From: Microthyrium microscopicum
Lineage: Eukaryota
Reading direction: 5' to 3'
NCBI GenBank assembly: GCA_010405405.1
Contig: MU004234.1
Location: 1,329,275-1,393,274 of the forward strand
DNA: 64,000 nt
This document shows positions 1 to 13,055 of the stretch, piece by piece. Position 1 is the first letter of the stretch, and every line of letters begins with the position of its first letter. Under the pieces are notes generated by a model. The model did not search any database and was not told the DNA's origin. It worked only from the letters and a program-made list of their open reading frames with translations. The position numbers were made by a program, and so were the translations under genes.

Positions 1-1573
1 GCAAGGCTGAGCAAGGCTGAGATGTCTAACCTCATCTCTTCTCAAGAAGCTCGACAAAAGATCCAAAAATACCACATCTTCAGGCTGGAAACATAAATGA
101 ATTCTGGCAGGAACAGAGATTAACTTAAGGTAAACGGCGTCGTTCATAAGTACTCTCATATTCTTCCATATAACAATGAATTACTAGCACTTACATCTTA
201 TTGCAACTTTGAAAGCATCCATCGCCTGTCATGATGTTCTCAGAACCGAAAGTTTCAGCAACCAAGTAAATTTCCAACACATTCACCTAGAAGTCTTGTG
301 TTTTCTTTGAACCATTATGCTGCTAGTTGTCATGTCGCTAACTAAAAATGGCTTAAGCATACAAACAATCGTACACACGAAATAGCTTGTGTTCAAACCC
401 GGAAACATCGCGGTATATAAATATAAATAATGGTTTTGTCTGTAGCATTTTCAATGTCCGTGTTATCAAGAATCTGGGCTTGCAAGCTAATTCTTACAAT
501 ATTTGGGCTCAAATTTTTGCCCAGAGTACTCGTAGAAAAGCTTTCAGTTACTTCGTGGGAGGATAAAATGTTCTCTAAGCGCCCAATCGAAGCGCCTAGA
601 TACCCGAAAGCATACAGCGAATCAATAAAAGCAACTAAACGATACATAAAAATGATAAAGACGAGTGATTATGTTCCTCCCAGTTCAAGACCTCCAAAAA
701 GGAAATCCGGATATATCTGCTGCAGCTCCGAACGTCAGGTTCGAACCCGTAGCATCTAGCCAGACTTACCACCTCAGCTGAGCAGGTCAAAAAAATGGCT
801 CGATCAGTCTAGCGTTCTGTTCGTAATATTCGAAATTACTAGCTAACCCAATCAGGGGTCCTGACAAGACTGAAATATTGACTGTGCCAATATGTTGCTT
901 CCTCGCCCTGAGCCACAATAATCTGCAAACTCCACAGCACTTGAATATATACAGCAGTTTATCAATTTGCTTCCAACAATTCAACTCTTTTCAGCTCTTG
1001 GAATCTAGACGTTTCATAATCCAGCTCTTTGAGATTATCAACGCTTACATATCATCAATAATAAATAAGTCCTTTTGTTAAACGTTATCTTGGTGGCTTA
1101 TGCTCAGTTCTCTTGTAAGAAAATCGGACAACTTGAGCTGGGGGCTCAGTGACACAATCATTTCTTCTGAATCGAGAAACCCTCTGCCCATTCAGTTTAA
1201 AGTAGCACCAAGTGAAACTTACTTTGCACGTAATCCATAATCCATCTCCACGCTCCTTTCAACATGTCGCGGTCATTAAAGCTGCCATCAGCTTAGTAAC
1301 TAGTAACATAAATTGAAGAAAGCGAACGAAATTCAAACCAATATTGTTAGAAAGTTTCTGAACCAAGCTTATTTTGCATTGTATTGTATATTCACATCAG
1401 CCATCCTTAGCCTTTCCCCATTTCATGATAAAGACTTATGAAAAAAAAACTATTGGCATGGAAATACATCGAAGACTGTGATTCTGTGAAAATTCTACGA
1501 TAATCATGGAACAACCCTGAACGTAACCCAGAGCTTAGCCGCTATCACTGCAGTGCCATCCGTAATAAATGCT

Positions 1574-2870
1574 TCATCCACTCTCATTCTTTCGGAATTT
1601 CTGGTATAGCAAGGCTCCAACAATAACCGAGCATCCGGAGATGAAGCCACGACTACGAACTGCCAACTCAGCCGCGTCATAGTCAATCTTCCATTGCGCA
1701 AGTTGATTTGGGGTAGGGACACGGAGTTGTGAGTCAGAAGCATCAACAGCCAGCTCGACATCCTGAGCCGTGACAACTTCTATGCAGTCGCGAAAGTATC
1801 CCTTGCCATTGCCGAGACGTTTACGGTAGCGGATTGCGCTCTGGATCAATATCATTGCATATTGATCACCATTTGGTGTCAAGTATGCGAGCGCGGCAAG
1901 TGCGACTTGCAATTTTGGGTCGTACTCGAAGAATTGGTAGTCTCGCATGCGAATGCATTGAACTGTAAGTGGATGATCGACGGGAAGCTTGAGGTAAGAC
2001 CGCGGATCACGAATACCTGGTCGGATTTTGGAAGGAACTACAATATCGATGTGCAAGCGAGGCCAGTATGCACTGACTGTGGTTGAGGATCGCCAAGAGG
2101 CCTATTAATGGTTAGTGACTGCTCTTGATCAAGACAATTCCCTCCAAACTTACTATTTGCGCATTGGTTCTCAGCTCAACGTCCCATTGTGGCAGTTTAG
2201 TGAATTCGTGCTTTGTTCCGCCACTGCGTACTTGGATGTGGTCAATGTCCACTTTGTCCTTCGCAGAAACTCCTGGCAGATCCTTCTTGTACTTCAGGCC
2301 GTGGAAGTTACGATAAAACGGTTCAATGGGCTTGCCGTTGCGTAGAAATGTAAGCTCAGACAACATTGGAAGATCAAGGGCTTTTCGAACACGGTTCCAG
2401 AAGATACGTGGTAGCTCTCCGTAGAAGGCATGAATAGTAGCACGCTTGTTGCTGCCAATAAGGGCAAAGTTGACGTCTTTGCGACGTACGTGTGCAATGT
2501 ACTCGCCTCCATCGTTGAGCTCCGACCAGCGTGGATTGACGATTCTATTTGCGGCATCTGTCAATGTGAAAATAGTTTCCGTGGCAGGTCCAATGGTTGC
2601 TGGTTTGAAGCTGAATTCAGTATAAATCGGGTTATGAATGTCTGCAATTGCGACTCCGGTCAACTCATCTTTCCGCATAGGAACAGGAATGCGCGCAACG
2701 TGGCTATGCCAGGAGCCATTGAAGTGCATTAGCTGGACTGTGATGCTTTTGGTGGCTTGAGCACCGCGAGTGACCTTTCTAGATCGAACGGGAGGAGCAG
2801 GAGGAACAGGAGGGCGGAATTGAGGCTCTGGCCAAAGAACCACTTCGTCAATCGGGTGGTGATGAGACAT
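1574..2870 (-). CDS. Hypothetical protein, 2 exons (2870-2154, 2101-1574), about 414 aa
   Basis: ORFs 2112..2870 and 1574..2056 join in frame across a 52-nt intron at 2102-2153 (GTAAGT donor, CTAAC branch, TAG acceptor). No family recognised. Confidence 0.7.
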
Positions 2871-3237
2871 GATTGCTGTTTATAGTGAAGTTGTATAGTA
2901 AGGTTGTATCAGAGGAAGTTTTGGTTTGCCTATATAAAGGAAAGGCAGAATGCTGATGGAGTAGAAAGGTACGATGAAGATCGATGGAAATTTCAGGTAA
3001 TGGCATGGTGGTGGAGTTTCTTTGAAAATAGAGTGGTGGGACTTCAGTGAAATGGCAAGAGCTATCTGAGTTGAACTAGACTGAGGTGCTGATTGAGGAA
3101 GGAGCCTGGGAGCATTTGCTTGAGATGGCACTTGCACCTTCCTCACCCTCTCGAGAGGCCTGATCAGCACCTCCAACTTCAATTGACCGCGATTGACCAC
3201 ACATCACACTGCTATCAACGCGAAAGTCTCAGTGACC

Positions 3238-4793
3238 ATGGCTCAAAGCTCCTCAGCGCCTTCAGTTCATCGCTGGCAGGTTGCACTGGCGCAGGTGCTG
3301 CTCAAGGTCAAGCCATGTGATGTGCCTTTCACCGGTTAGTCATCTCATTAACAAAGGTTTCATCTCTTGACTTATCATACAGATTTTCTCCTTGATTTGA
3401 GAAAAGACATATCCTTGAAGAATGACAAGACTCAGGGAGCCATGGCCCATAGCTATCTTAATGGCATCAATCACTGGAAACAACAGTTTGATCAGTCCCA
3501 GAAAGAGATAGTTCAGATGCAGAAAAGGATCTCTGCATTGACTTCTGAGAACATACAACTCAAAAGCTCGTCCACTCCCAGTCATACGAAGCGCAAAATT
3601 ACATCACATTCGAATACCCAATACGCCAGAAAGAGACTCAAGTCAAGCGCACCAGATGATTCCATCCTCTTTGATCTCGATGACCAGGAGGTGGACGGAC
3701 TAGAACTCGATGCTCGTAAGATTCTCAAGCTATTTGACGAAGAGTCCGCTTACTCTGTATAGGGAGAAATATCATGTACCACTTATATGCTTTCCAGGAC
3801 ACTATGGAAGGAGCCCTGAACTCTTCCGTTGGAGCAGCTCATCTGATCAGAGCCATGGATAGGCTGCAACAAATGTTCTGCGACTTTTTCCACCCTTCCA
3901 AGCACGAAGATGTTGTTGCTACCTTCGGCATGGCCTCGGGGTCGGAGGAATTGCGTAGCTTACAGACCAACTTGGCAGCCATTACAAGATCCATGATTCT
4001 TGTCATCAAAAACATCTCCATGATTGCTGATATAAACTCGCATCGATTGCAAAATAGTTTCGGAGCCTTGGTGTGCAAGTACAGCAACTTTGTGAACGAC
4101 GTGCTTGCTGCTATCTGTGATCATTCCGTTCAGATGCACGAGAATCTCGAGCACGCCCACACGAAAAAAGCCAAAGCAAGCATCCACAAAGGAGGAGATA
4201 AAATGTTGACCATCTTGATGAGGGTGCTGTTTGATTTGCTGGTCAGCCTACAGCCAGGATGTCGTCCGCACTTTTCAATGTTCGAAGCCCTGGTTCATCT
4301 TATTTTCCAACGATGCGGCCGTCTTATTCACATCATCCACTTCGGACACGATCACTGTTCCTCATACGACGAGGAAATCGAGCTTGAGCAGGAGACTTTT
4401 GGTTCGAAGCATCCTAATGCTGCCATGCAGAAGGCTGCCTTTCAAGCAAAATATATCTATCCTTTGATGAAGAAGGTGGTCTCGTATGCATCGCATTTCA
4501 AGCCAACTGATGCAGAAGATGACAGCACACTCGTTAATTTGCCAAAGAAAAGCTACTCCAAGTTGACATTGGACACAAAACAAAAACTGACAAAGACTTT
4601 GATGGAATGCATCTGGGGTGAAAAGTTTGACTTTTGTGCAGACAGTATTGCAAAACCAGTGTTGCAAGGAGAAGTGCCGGCCCTGCCAAGAGGACGTGGA
4701 GGAGATGAGCAAGGCTTGTGGCTGACGAAAGAGTTGTGGAGATTGCTAGGATGGGAGATACTTGGGCGTGAAGTTGCAAAAACTGACTTGTAA
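3238..4793 (+). CDS. Fungal hypothetical protein, 3 exons (3238-3334, 3383-3715, 3763-4793)
   Basis: ATG at 3238 (MAQSSSAPSVHRWQVALAQVLLKVKP). GT-AG introns 3335-3382 and 3716-3762 link it in frame to ORFs 3367 and 3774. C-terminal W..ELWRLLGWEIL motif. Confidence 0.75.
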
Positions 4794-5348
4794 GAAGTAT
4801 TGTTATGTATGAGGGCAATAAAAAATTGCAATTGCCATGCATTGACTTTGTTAACGAGCAATGCTGTATCAGGCTGAACAAGGCTGAAGAAACGCTAGTG
4901 ATGGTTAGTCAGCGCCGCTATTTGCAAAACTACTGCGAGATTGCGCCAGCACTGAGACTCCGCAACCGCCCTGATTCCTGATTCCTGGGGGGTACGATCA
5001 AGACACCAGCGCAACCTGGCTTACCACCAATGATCATCTGCAACTCCAGCCTGACTTGATCCTCTCAGCTCCCTACATCATTTTCTCTTGTCTCCGGGCG
5101 GTCTTCTTTGTTCTTGCTTCCTACAGCTGCGCTATCTTCCTATTGTCAAACATCTCTTAACTGCCACCGGGCTCGAAACCACCTATTCTTAGACAAAACG
5201 GCGTCCCTCCAAGATTTCGTCGTCGCTGTAACCCCTGACCATCGTTCCGCTTCACGGCGTTGGTGTAGGCAGTCTCCTATCATTCCTCGATGAACCGGTA
5301 ACCTTCTCACGACGAACGCTTTCTTTATCCCGCAAGGGGCCTGCCACG

Positions 5349-6799
5349 ATGCCTTCAGACCTTCGACCATCGCTTAAGGAGCATGCAGATGGAAAGTCTG
5401 CGCAGCCATTGCTCAGCTCCAAGAGCTCCCCAACCTACGATTCTCCCCCGCGTCCGACGGTCAGCAGAAGATCAACATTCCACGAGCGAGATCCAGCAGA
5501 GTACGCCAAATTCGCAACGAGGAAGCGGTACATATATGCGGCATTCTTTTTGGTGTTGAGTTTGATATCTTTTGCGGTCCAGACGGAGACTGCGGTTTAT
5601 ATACAGAGCCAGTTGCACTGGAACAAAGCATATTGTATGCTGTAAGTTTAGCAACGAATTGCTACTGAAGCTCAGCTGACGGTTTGAATAGGTATATGAC
5701 CCATGGATCTTGGTCTTTACTTTGGCCTACACAGCTGTTGATACTGCGACTTCAGAAATGGAATCAACCGTGGTCGACCTTTTGGAGACGTCACGTTCAA
5801 CTGTTACGACAAACAGCCCAAATGGTCCAGCATCAAACACTGCATCTCAATCCTCGGCAGCAGAGCCAGTCGCCATGGAAGTACATGCTCAAGACAACAG
5901 CATTCGTCACATGTTCTCTCACCGTCGCGGGCGGAAGCTGGTATATCGCTGTCAATCTCACGACGGCTAGCGATTTGACAGCTATTTATAATTGCTCTGC
6001 ATTTTTCGCCTATGCATTCAGTGTTCCTCTACTGAACGAGAAACTTCGAGCATCCAAGGTTATTGCTGTTGGAGTTGCTATTATTGGTGTGCTTATAGTC
6101 GCTTATGGCGGCGAGAGCTCCGCAAAGCATGGCGGTAAATCAGGCGGTGGTGCTGGTGGCCCTGATCATGAGCCAGAAGCCAACTATCGCACCATTGGCA
6201 ATCTTGTCATTGGAGTTGGAAGCGTCCTCTATGGCTTCTATGAAGTCCTGTACAAGAAAGTTGCATGTCCGCCCGAGGATACTAGCCCAGGCCGAGGCAT
6301 GATCTTTGCCAATGCATTTGGCAGCATGATCGGATGTTTTACTCTCTCCGTTCTATGGATACCATTGCCCATTTTACACTACATGGGCTGGGAGACCTTC
6401 CAACTACCACATGGTGAACAGGCCAAAATGATGGCCATCAGTGTATTTGCCAATGCCGGTAAGTGTTTGTAAGAACTCCTTGTTATATCACCACTAACCT
6501 CATGTCCAGTATTCTCCGGCTCATTCCTTATCCTAATTAGCTTAACATCACCGGTCCTTTCATCAGTTGCCGCACTCCTTACTATCTTCATAGTAGCCAT
6601 AATAGATCAACTCCTCCCTCCACCACTAAACTCACCGCTCTCTGGCGCAGCCGTGGCTGGCGGTCTACTCATCATCTGCGCCTTCTTGTTACTTAGTTGG
6701 TCAACATACAAGGAAATGGGTGAGGAGCGATCACGACGGCTGTCGGTGGGACAGATCACGGAGAGCGATATTGAACAGGAAGAAGATGACGACATCTAG
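5349..6799 (+). CDS. EamA/drug-metabolite transporter family membrane protein, 3 exons
   Basis: Multiple hydrophobic segments and DMT-type motifs (SDLTAIYNCSAFFAYAFSVPLLNEKL, LYGFYEVLYKK). Introns at about 5642-5691 and 6459-6510. Stop TAG at 6797-6799. Confidence 0.85.
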
Positions 6800-7145
6800 T
6801 CTACGTTGCCCACCCTGGATATCATTTATCCTTTTTGGTCCTCTTCGATCTGATAATCATGTTGCCGTAATTTTTTTGGCGTTGGATAGCAAGAGCATTG
6901 AATATGCATTTAGAGGCGCTGGGTACCATGCATTATAGAAAGGTCGATTTGGCTTACAACGCATGCTGAATTTGACTTCTACTTCTCCTAGTTCGCCACC
7001 ATGTCAACATTGACATCTCACTCTTTGCAGGCTTAGCCGAAAACAAAGCGTGTCAACACCGCACTCTCGTACTCGGAGGCAAGATCAAGGATTAAAACGA
7101 GTGCATCGTTGACGATGAGCAAGTTCATACAGAAATCTGGCTCAG

Positions 7146-9489
7146 CTATTTGTCTACATAAGATCGCTTCCAAAGCTGATTGAAAATCTTCTCTTTCCAC
7201 TGTTTGATAGCTTGTGTATCCTCGATCCAGATACCATGTTCCTCACAATACGCTGGATAGGTATTGTCGCTGCCAATGTACATCAACTGGTCATCAACAA
7301 CAACGACCTTGCTGTGGTTGTAACGATTGGGGTCCTTGCTTGGACCATCACCTTTTTCATTTGCCAACGTACGCCTAACTTCCACATGGTCGTTGATGTA
7401 CTGTTTGACTTCAGCCATCGGAATCGGTTTGACCTTGGGGAATACCTCGCCTGTTTCGCCTAGCGCTTTGACTCGGGCTGAAGTCACGCCTTTGGAGCCA
7501 GCCATCATGTTGATCAAACTGTTGGTGGGCGAATCTTCCTGAGCAACTTCGTCTAACCATGCCATGGCATTCATGACCATTGCCAAGCGCTTTTTGAATT
7601 CTCTGACGTCCATATCATCGCCCCATCCGTCCTGGGAATTGGCGACAACTTCCTTTTGCTCGACACTGAGGTTAATTTGGATGGTAGCAGAGCCAGTGTT
7701 GGTACCTCTAGTCCTTGCTAATGCGTAACCGATGGCAATCAGTAGATCTATGATCAGAGTCAGAACAAGTTTAGTGTTTACTTTGCGATGCTTCAACATA
7801 CCAAATGGCCACAGATTACCACTCCATTTCCGTTCCTCCCCCAAGAACTCGTTGATCCTGTCTTTTTCTTTCTGTAAGCCGGTCTGGTCCCAAAGAATAA
7901 GTCTGTGTTGGCAAAGAACTACGCTCTTCTTCGCGTTGGCAATGGCATTGAGCCTGGTCATCCGACTTGCCCAAGCAGTGGGATTGACATTGAAGCGAGT
8001 GTACGGATTTGGCAATGTCACACCTATGGCCGTACCCAAATGTTCCCGGGCATTTTGCTGTTCCGTGAAAAGAGCATCGATAAGTATTGCTGCGACGCCT
8101 TGAACAGGCACACCGATCACTGTCAATCCTTGTTTCCACTGTGGATCCTTGATCCAGCTATCGGTTGAAAGATATTGCCAAACGATATTGGACAGAAGAT
8201 CCTTCACGGCCTGAATTGCTTGAACCGGATAGTCAAACGATGCATCAGGTTTGTGCCAGTCACCAATTTGAGACGTAGTGAGGATTTTAAATTTACCATC
8301 CGTGGTTTTAAGCTTGAAATCCGACATGGGCACGTCTGGTCGGGGTTCTAGCCACTGGGGCTTGTCTTGGTTCAAGTTGATCGCCTTGCAAAATGAAGTG
8401 GTGTCAGGCCTGTGAGGTTTGTTGAGATACCTTCAGATGTTTGTTAGTACAAGTCACAGCATACACGATTTCCAACTAACCTGAAGAAGTAGTCGCACCA
8501 CTTGTGGGCAGCTACGGCTGAATCACCTTCAACCTTGGCTTGTTGCTCGATGATATGGTAAACATCTGCTCCGCTCTGGTGCCAAAAGTTGGCTCCGCCA
8601 GTCATCAAGGTTTTGCCATTGACTGCCAAAACCTTCCCATGCGTCCAACTGAGAGACTCAATTTGCTTGCGAGTAAGGGCAACGATCTGAGAGTCTGCGC
8701 CCTTGATGAGGAAATCCAAAGCACCATCAAGCGCTAAGGTGTCTACACCCAGTGTCTTTTTCAGCCACGCTGACATAGACTTGATACCTTCGATGTTGGA
8801 CTGAACCAAAGTTCGTAGCTTATCAATGGGCTCTGGATATTTTCTAGCAATGTTAGTTGATGTCCTCGAAATTGACATTGAGCTTACTCGATATCAAAAG
8901 TCGGGCTATAGTAGCCTAGATACAGTGTTGCATTGGGCTTGTCTTTGATGAGACGAGTCTTGCCAGGCCCAGGCCAGAACATGTCTTCGATGATGGGCTT
9001 GAACTGATCGAAACTGGTATTGAAGCCGCTACCGCTCAAAATTCGTACCGTGATCTTCGCATTTGTGTTCGTAACGCCATTGATAGCGTCTGCGATCGCT
9101 TTCTGCAAGCTTTTGGTCTTTTCATCACCTGAAGCATTGTCTCCTTGCCCGAAAAAGAGTCCATTTGGTTTGTCCATGGTCACGATGTCAATGAAGCACT
9201 CCTCGGTCGACTTGCCATGATTGAGAACATCTTTGAAGGCTGCCTGAAGAGGACTTGGAAAATTGACGGGGGTTCCTCCTTTTATCGTCGCATCTATGGT
9301 CGTCTTCAAGGGTCCAGTGGGCCATTCGCCAAATGGTTGGAACACTGTGAAGTCCCTCAAATCGTCAGTGAAGCCGAGCGATGTGTTATGTGTTATTCCG
9401 AAGGAGATGTCCTTGAGTGTTGATTTTTCGTTGTCGAAGGGTTTGTTGATGTCGAGCAAAAGTGCGTGAAGCTCGTCGAGTGAAGACAT
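7146..9489 (-). CDS. Phospholipase D, Streptomyces/bacterial-type with two HKD-like motifs, 3 exons
   Basis: WTHGKVLAVNGKTLMTGGANFW and YNHSKVVVVDDQLMYIGSDNTYP match the two catalytic half-sites of Streptomyces-type PLD. Introns 8844-8887 and 8431-8480 join the three ORFs in frame. Confidence 0.85.
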
Positions 9490-9974
9490 AGTCAATTTTT
9501 GATGGTTTTAAAGTAGTTAGAAAAGTTCTAGTTGAGCAGCAAGAAGTTTATGAAGAATTACTGTAAATCGGTGATCTTTTATACACGGTTCCAAGGTATC
9601 AGCAACGACTCCTAAGTTCTACCATAATCGTCGCATGAACACTTCATTGGCCACGTCGTATATCAATCGCGAGTCAAGCAGACATCACGCTCGAGCGTCG
9701 GCACAGCAAATCAATCGATGCAAAACATTTTCAGCTGAAGCGATGGACATCTAGATTGAGACTGATATCAGCGACTTGCACCAAGGCTGAATCTTGCATC
9801 GACGGAAACCTGCAATGTTCGGCTGCATGCAATGTGAGCTGAACAGCCTCGACGTCCTAGTTAGTCAAATAGAGCGCGTGATGCCACAATTCGATGCTGG
9901 ATAGGCTTAAAGCTGGGCTGTTGACTCTCATTTCATGGCCCTATACTGAATCGTAGCAGCCAGCATTAAGCGTT

Positions 9975-10041
9975 TGCATGAGATACTGCATGAGATACTG
10001 CATGCAAGACGGCACGCGAGACGGCATGCAAGACGGCACGC
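9975..10041. repeat. Short 12-bp-period tandem repeat (TGCATGAGATAC x2 grading into GCAYGCRAGACG)
   Basis: Directly visible repeat in the PLD-Tdp1 divergent intergenic region. Confidence 0.8.
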
Positions 10042-11024
10042 TTCCGCTTCCCAGTTCCTGTAGCGAAGTGCCAGATCTAGAACACAACAGTATGCTCAGC
10101 TGTAAATTCTTTGCAGAGAACATTGCTCGTAGTGATCCCTATAACTGTGCTGTCTGGGTCCAAGTAAGCGTTTGAGCAAGCTTTGTCAGCTTTGTTCAAT
10201 TGTAAGTTGTAGCTGCCATACGCAAACGCTTCGCAGGTTATGGCCGTCCAGTGGACCCAGACAAATCCAAGGTACAGGTCGACAGGATAAAGCGGCCCAG
10301 CTTCAGGTTGCATATGGATGCATAGGGCTGAGGGAAAGCATCAAGGAAGTTGTATCTGGGCGTAAAGCTTGCCTAAAGCTTGCCACATAAGCAAAAGATG
10401 GCTTGTTCTGCATTGCCAAGACCTGCGGATGCGGATCGATCGGTCTGGATTTTGTTTGTACGAAGTTGAGAGTGGGACGCCAGTGGCATACCGGTATCGC
10501 GGGCTTCTTCGTCAAGACTTTGTGAGTACTGCTCTTCAGCGGTCAGGCTGAGCATGCTCATCAAATGCCTTTATCAATACTTACTACTCCATCAGCTTAA
10601 AAACTCGCTCAGCATGTAATGTTAATCAGCTCGAGAAACTGGAAGGCCAAACTATCTGTACGTGCTGTCGATAGTTATGTCTCTCTCTGTTTTCTCTCGC
10701 GTATACGCAGATCAGCAGGAAGCCCCGGAATGAGACCTGAGTACCTTAAGCGACACGATCTTAATGGTGTCGAATCTAAGAACTTAACATAAGATGTAAG
10801 CAGTGATAGCGTTCGTGCACGTGCCCACCAAGCGCACGCGGGTGGTGCCGAGCACGTGAACACGCGTTTCTCAAACGAGGTAGTCGCGTTCCCAGAACAA
10901 GGCAATCGCGTTCCAGGTACAGCCTTGGCATCATTTACTTCCCGAAGCATTGGATTTGATATCTGACGAAACCTCAACCACTCGAGCCCTAATCTCATGT
11001 CACATCTCTAAATAGGTCACCACA

Positions 11025-12970
11025 ATGGCCGATACGATCAACAGCGATGACGATGAAGATCTCAAACTCGCTATCGCGCTATCTCTTCAGGATGCAGAGT
11101 CCAGCGCGACCTCCACTGAGAAGAATGCTCAGAGCGTCAGTATTGTGGATCAATTCTATGTGGGAAGGAGTGGATTTGTGAAGCTAACTGGGTTTAATAG
11201 ACCTCTGCTGAAATCTCGAGCTTCCTCTCTTCTAAACCTATCACATCTTCGACTCGCATCGAGCCAGTAAAACCACCCATAGTAAGTTTTGCCGTGTATC
11301 GCATACCATCGTTATACGGAGTATAGTGAAATGTCTAAGGTCGATATACTGACACATCACGCAGACGTTTGGAGGTATCAATCTCGACAGGAAGAAAATG
11401 GAAGATGAACGCTTAGCGAGACAAGCGCAGAGAAAGAGGGCGGCTGACAGTGATGGCGAGCCTGTTGTGCCGTCGAAGAAAGCTAGAGTTCTACCTTGGC
11501 TCGACAATGCAACCGCTGTGTCAATTCAGCCGGCTAATATTCCTCAACCTACTCAACTACCCCATCAGATAAAGCCAGACCAATCGACTTCAAACGCCAC
11601 ATCGACTTCTATCCCAACTATCAAGCATCCTAAAGGAGCTGTTTTCAGAACCAAATCAGCCAGACATCCCCGAGGCCGAGACATCTCGATCGAAGAAGTG
11701 CTCCAACGTGACTTCCTGGAAACAGCGCTCATTAGCTCCTTCAGCTTCAATCTCGAATGGCTGTTCGGAAAACTCAACACACGGAAAACGAAGCTTATGC
11801 TCTGCATGGCAGCCAAAACCGAAGCTCAGCGGAAGCAGTATGCGGAGGAAGCTCTCGAGGTTGGAAAAGGAAGCATTAAGTGTTGTTTCCCGCCCATGGA
11901 AGGCGAGACAAACTCCATGCACAGCAAGCTTATGATACTTAAGTATGAGCAGAGTCTGCGCATTGTGGTCACCAGTGCAAATATGGAGCTTTATGACTGG
12001 GGAGAGACCGGCGATATGGAGAACACAGTGTTCCTCATAGACCTTCCACGTCTCGCCGGGGACGCGCAAACCGAAGCGGATCTAACACCGTTTGGAAAAG
12101 AATTGATCTATTTCGCGACCAAGTGCAACATGCCGGAATCAGTCACAAAAGCTCTTCTCAAATTCAACTTTGCAGCAACTAGTGATATTGCTCTGGTTCA
12201 CAGCGTGTTTGTTACTTCCTTGCTTCTATTAATTCACCTGAAACTAATACGAGCATAGTGGCGGATTCAGCTTTGGATCAGACATGCGGCGAACTGGTCT
12301 CAACTCTTTGGCCATTTCCATTCATCAATTGGGCCTTGTGCCGCCCAAGAACACCAGTATCGAATTGCACTACGCAACGGCGTCACTGGGCGCTCTGAAC
12401 GACAACTATCTGACTGCACTACACAATGCTGCAAGTGGGGTATTAGCAGATTCGAGTACGCGAGCCAAAACCAAAGCCGACAAAGGGATTCGGGAATTTG
12501 TTTGCGTATACTTCCCAACCCGTCAGACAGTCGCGGCCAGCATTGGCGGCACTGATTCCGCGGGCACAATATGCCTTCAACGGAAGTGGTATCAACAAGA
12601 CACATTTCCAAGAAGCGTTATGCGTGATCATGTGCCCACACGAACGGGAATTCTGAGCCATAGCAAGATTATCCTTGGACATTGCAAGAATAGTGGACCT
12701 GCTTGGGCGTATATTGGAAGTGCAAACTTGTCCGAGAGCGCATGGGGAAAAGTTGTCAAAGACTCGAAGAAGAAGGAAATGAAAATGGTGTGTCGAAACT
12801 GGGAGTGTGGAGTATTGCTGCGTGTACGAAAAGCCAAGGACACAACCTCTGCAACCACCAAGGAAGATGGACTTCGAATTCTTTTCGATCCAACCTTGGA
12901 TATCCCGTTCGAGATTCCGGGGCGAGGGTACGGACAGCAGCAGCCTTGGTTCTTTCCTCATCAGATGTGA
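11025..12970 (+). CDS. TDP1: Tyrosyl-DNA phosphodiesterase 1 with N-terminal UIM, multi-exon
   Basis: Two HKN motifs (HSKLMIL...TSAN; HSKIIL...GSANLSESAWG), RNWECGV, C-terminal QPWF, and the UIM-like DEDLKLAIALSLQD. Intron at about 12207-12257 plus two upstream introns. Confidence 0.93.
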
Positions 12971-13055
12971 GACTCGGAAACATCCCTGATACACGACATT
13001 TTGTATGTAACGATAACGAGACCTTGACAGAGCATGAACTCATGATATTATGATC

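Noticed and set aside
1..1500. Short ORFs 393..647, 430..759, 787..984 and 878..1081
   Set aside because: No recognisable motifs or consistent splice model; possibly decayed sequence.
10077..10998. Cluster of short ORFs between PLD and TDP1
   Set aside because: No identifiable homology or coherent gene model.
7146..12970. PLD and TDP1 as a local duplication because both belong to the PLD superfamily
   Set aside because: They belong to very different subfamilies, with no similarity beyond HxK; probably coincidental.
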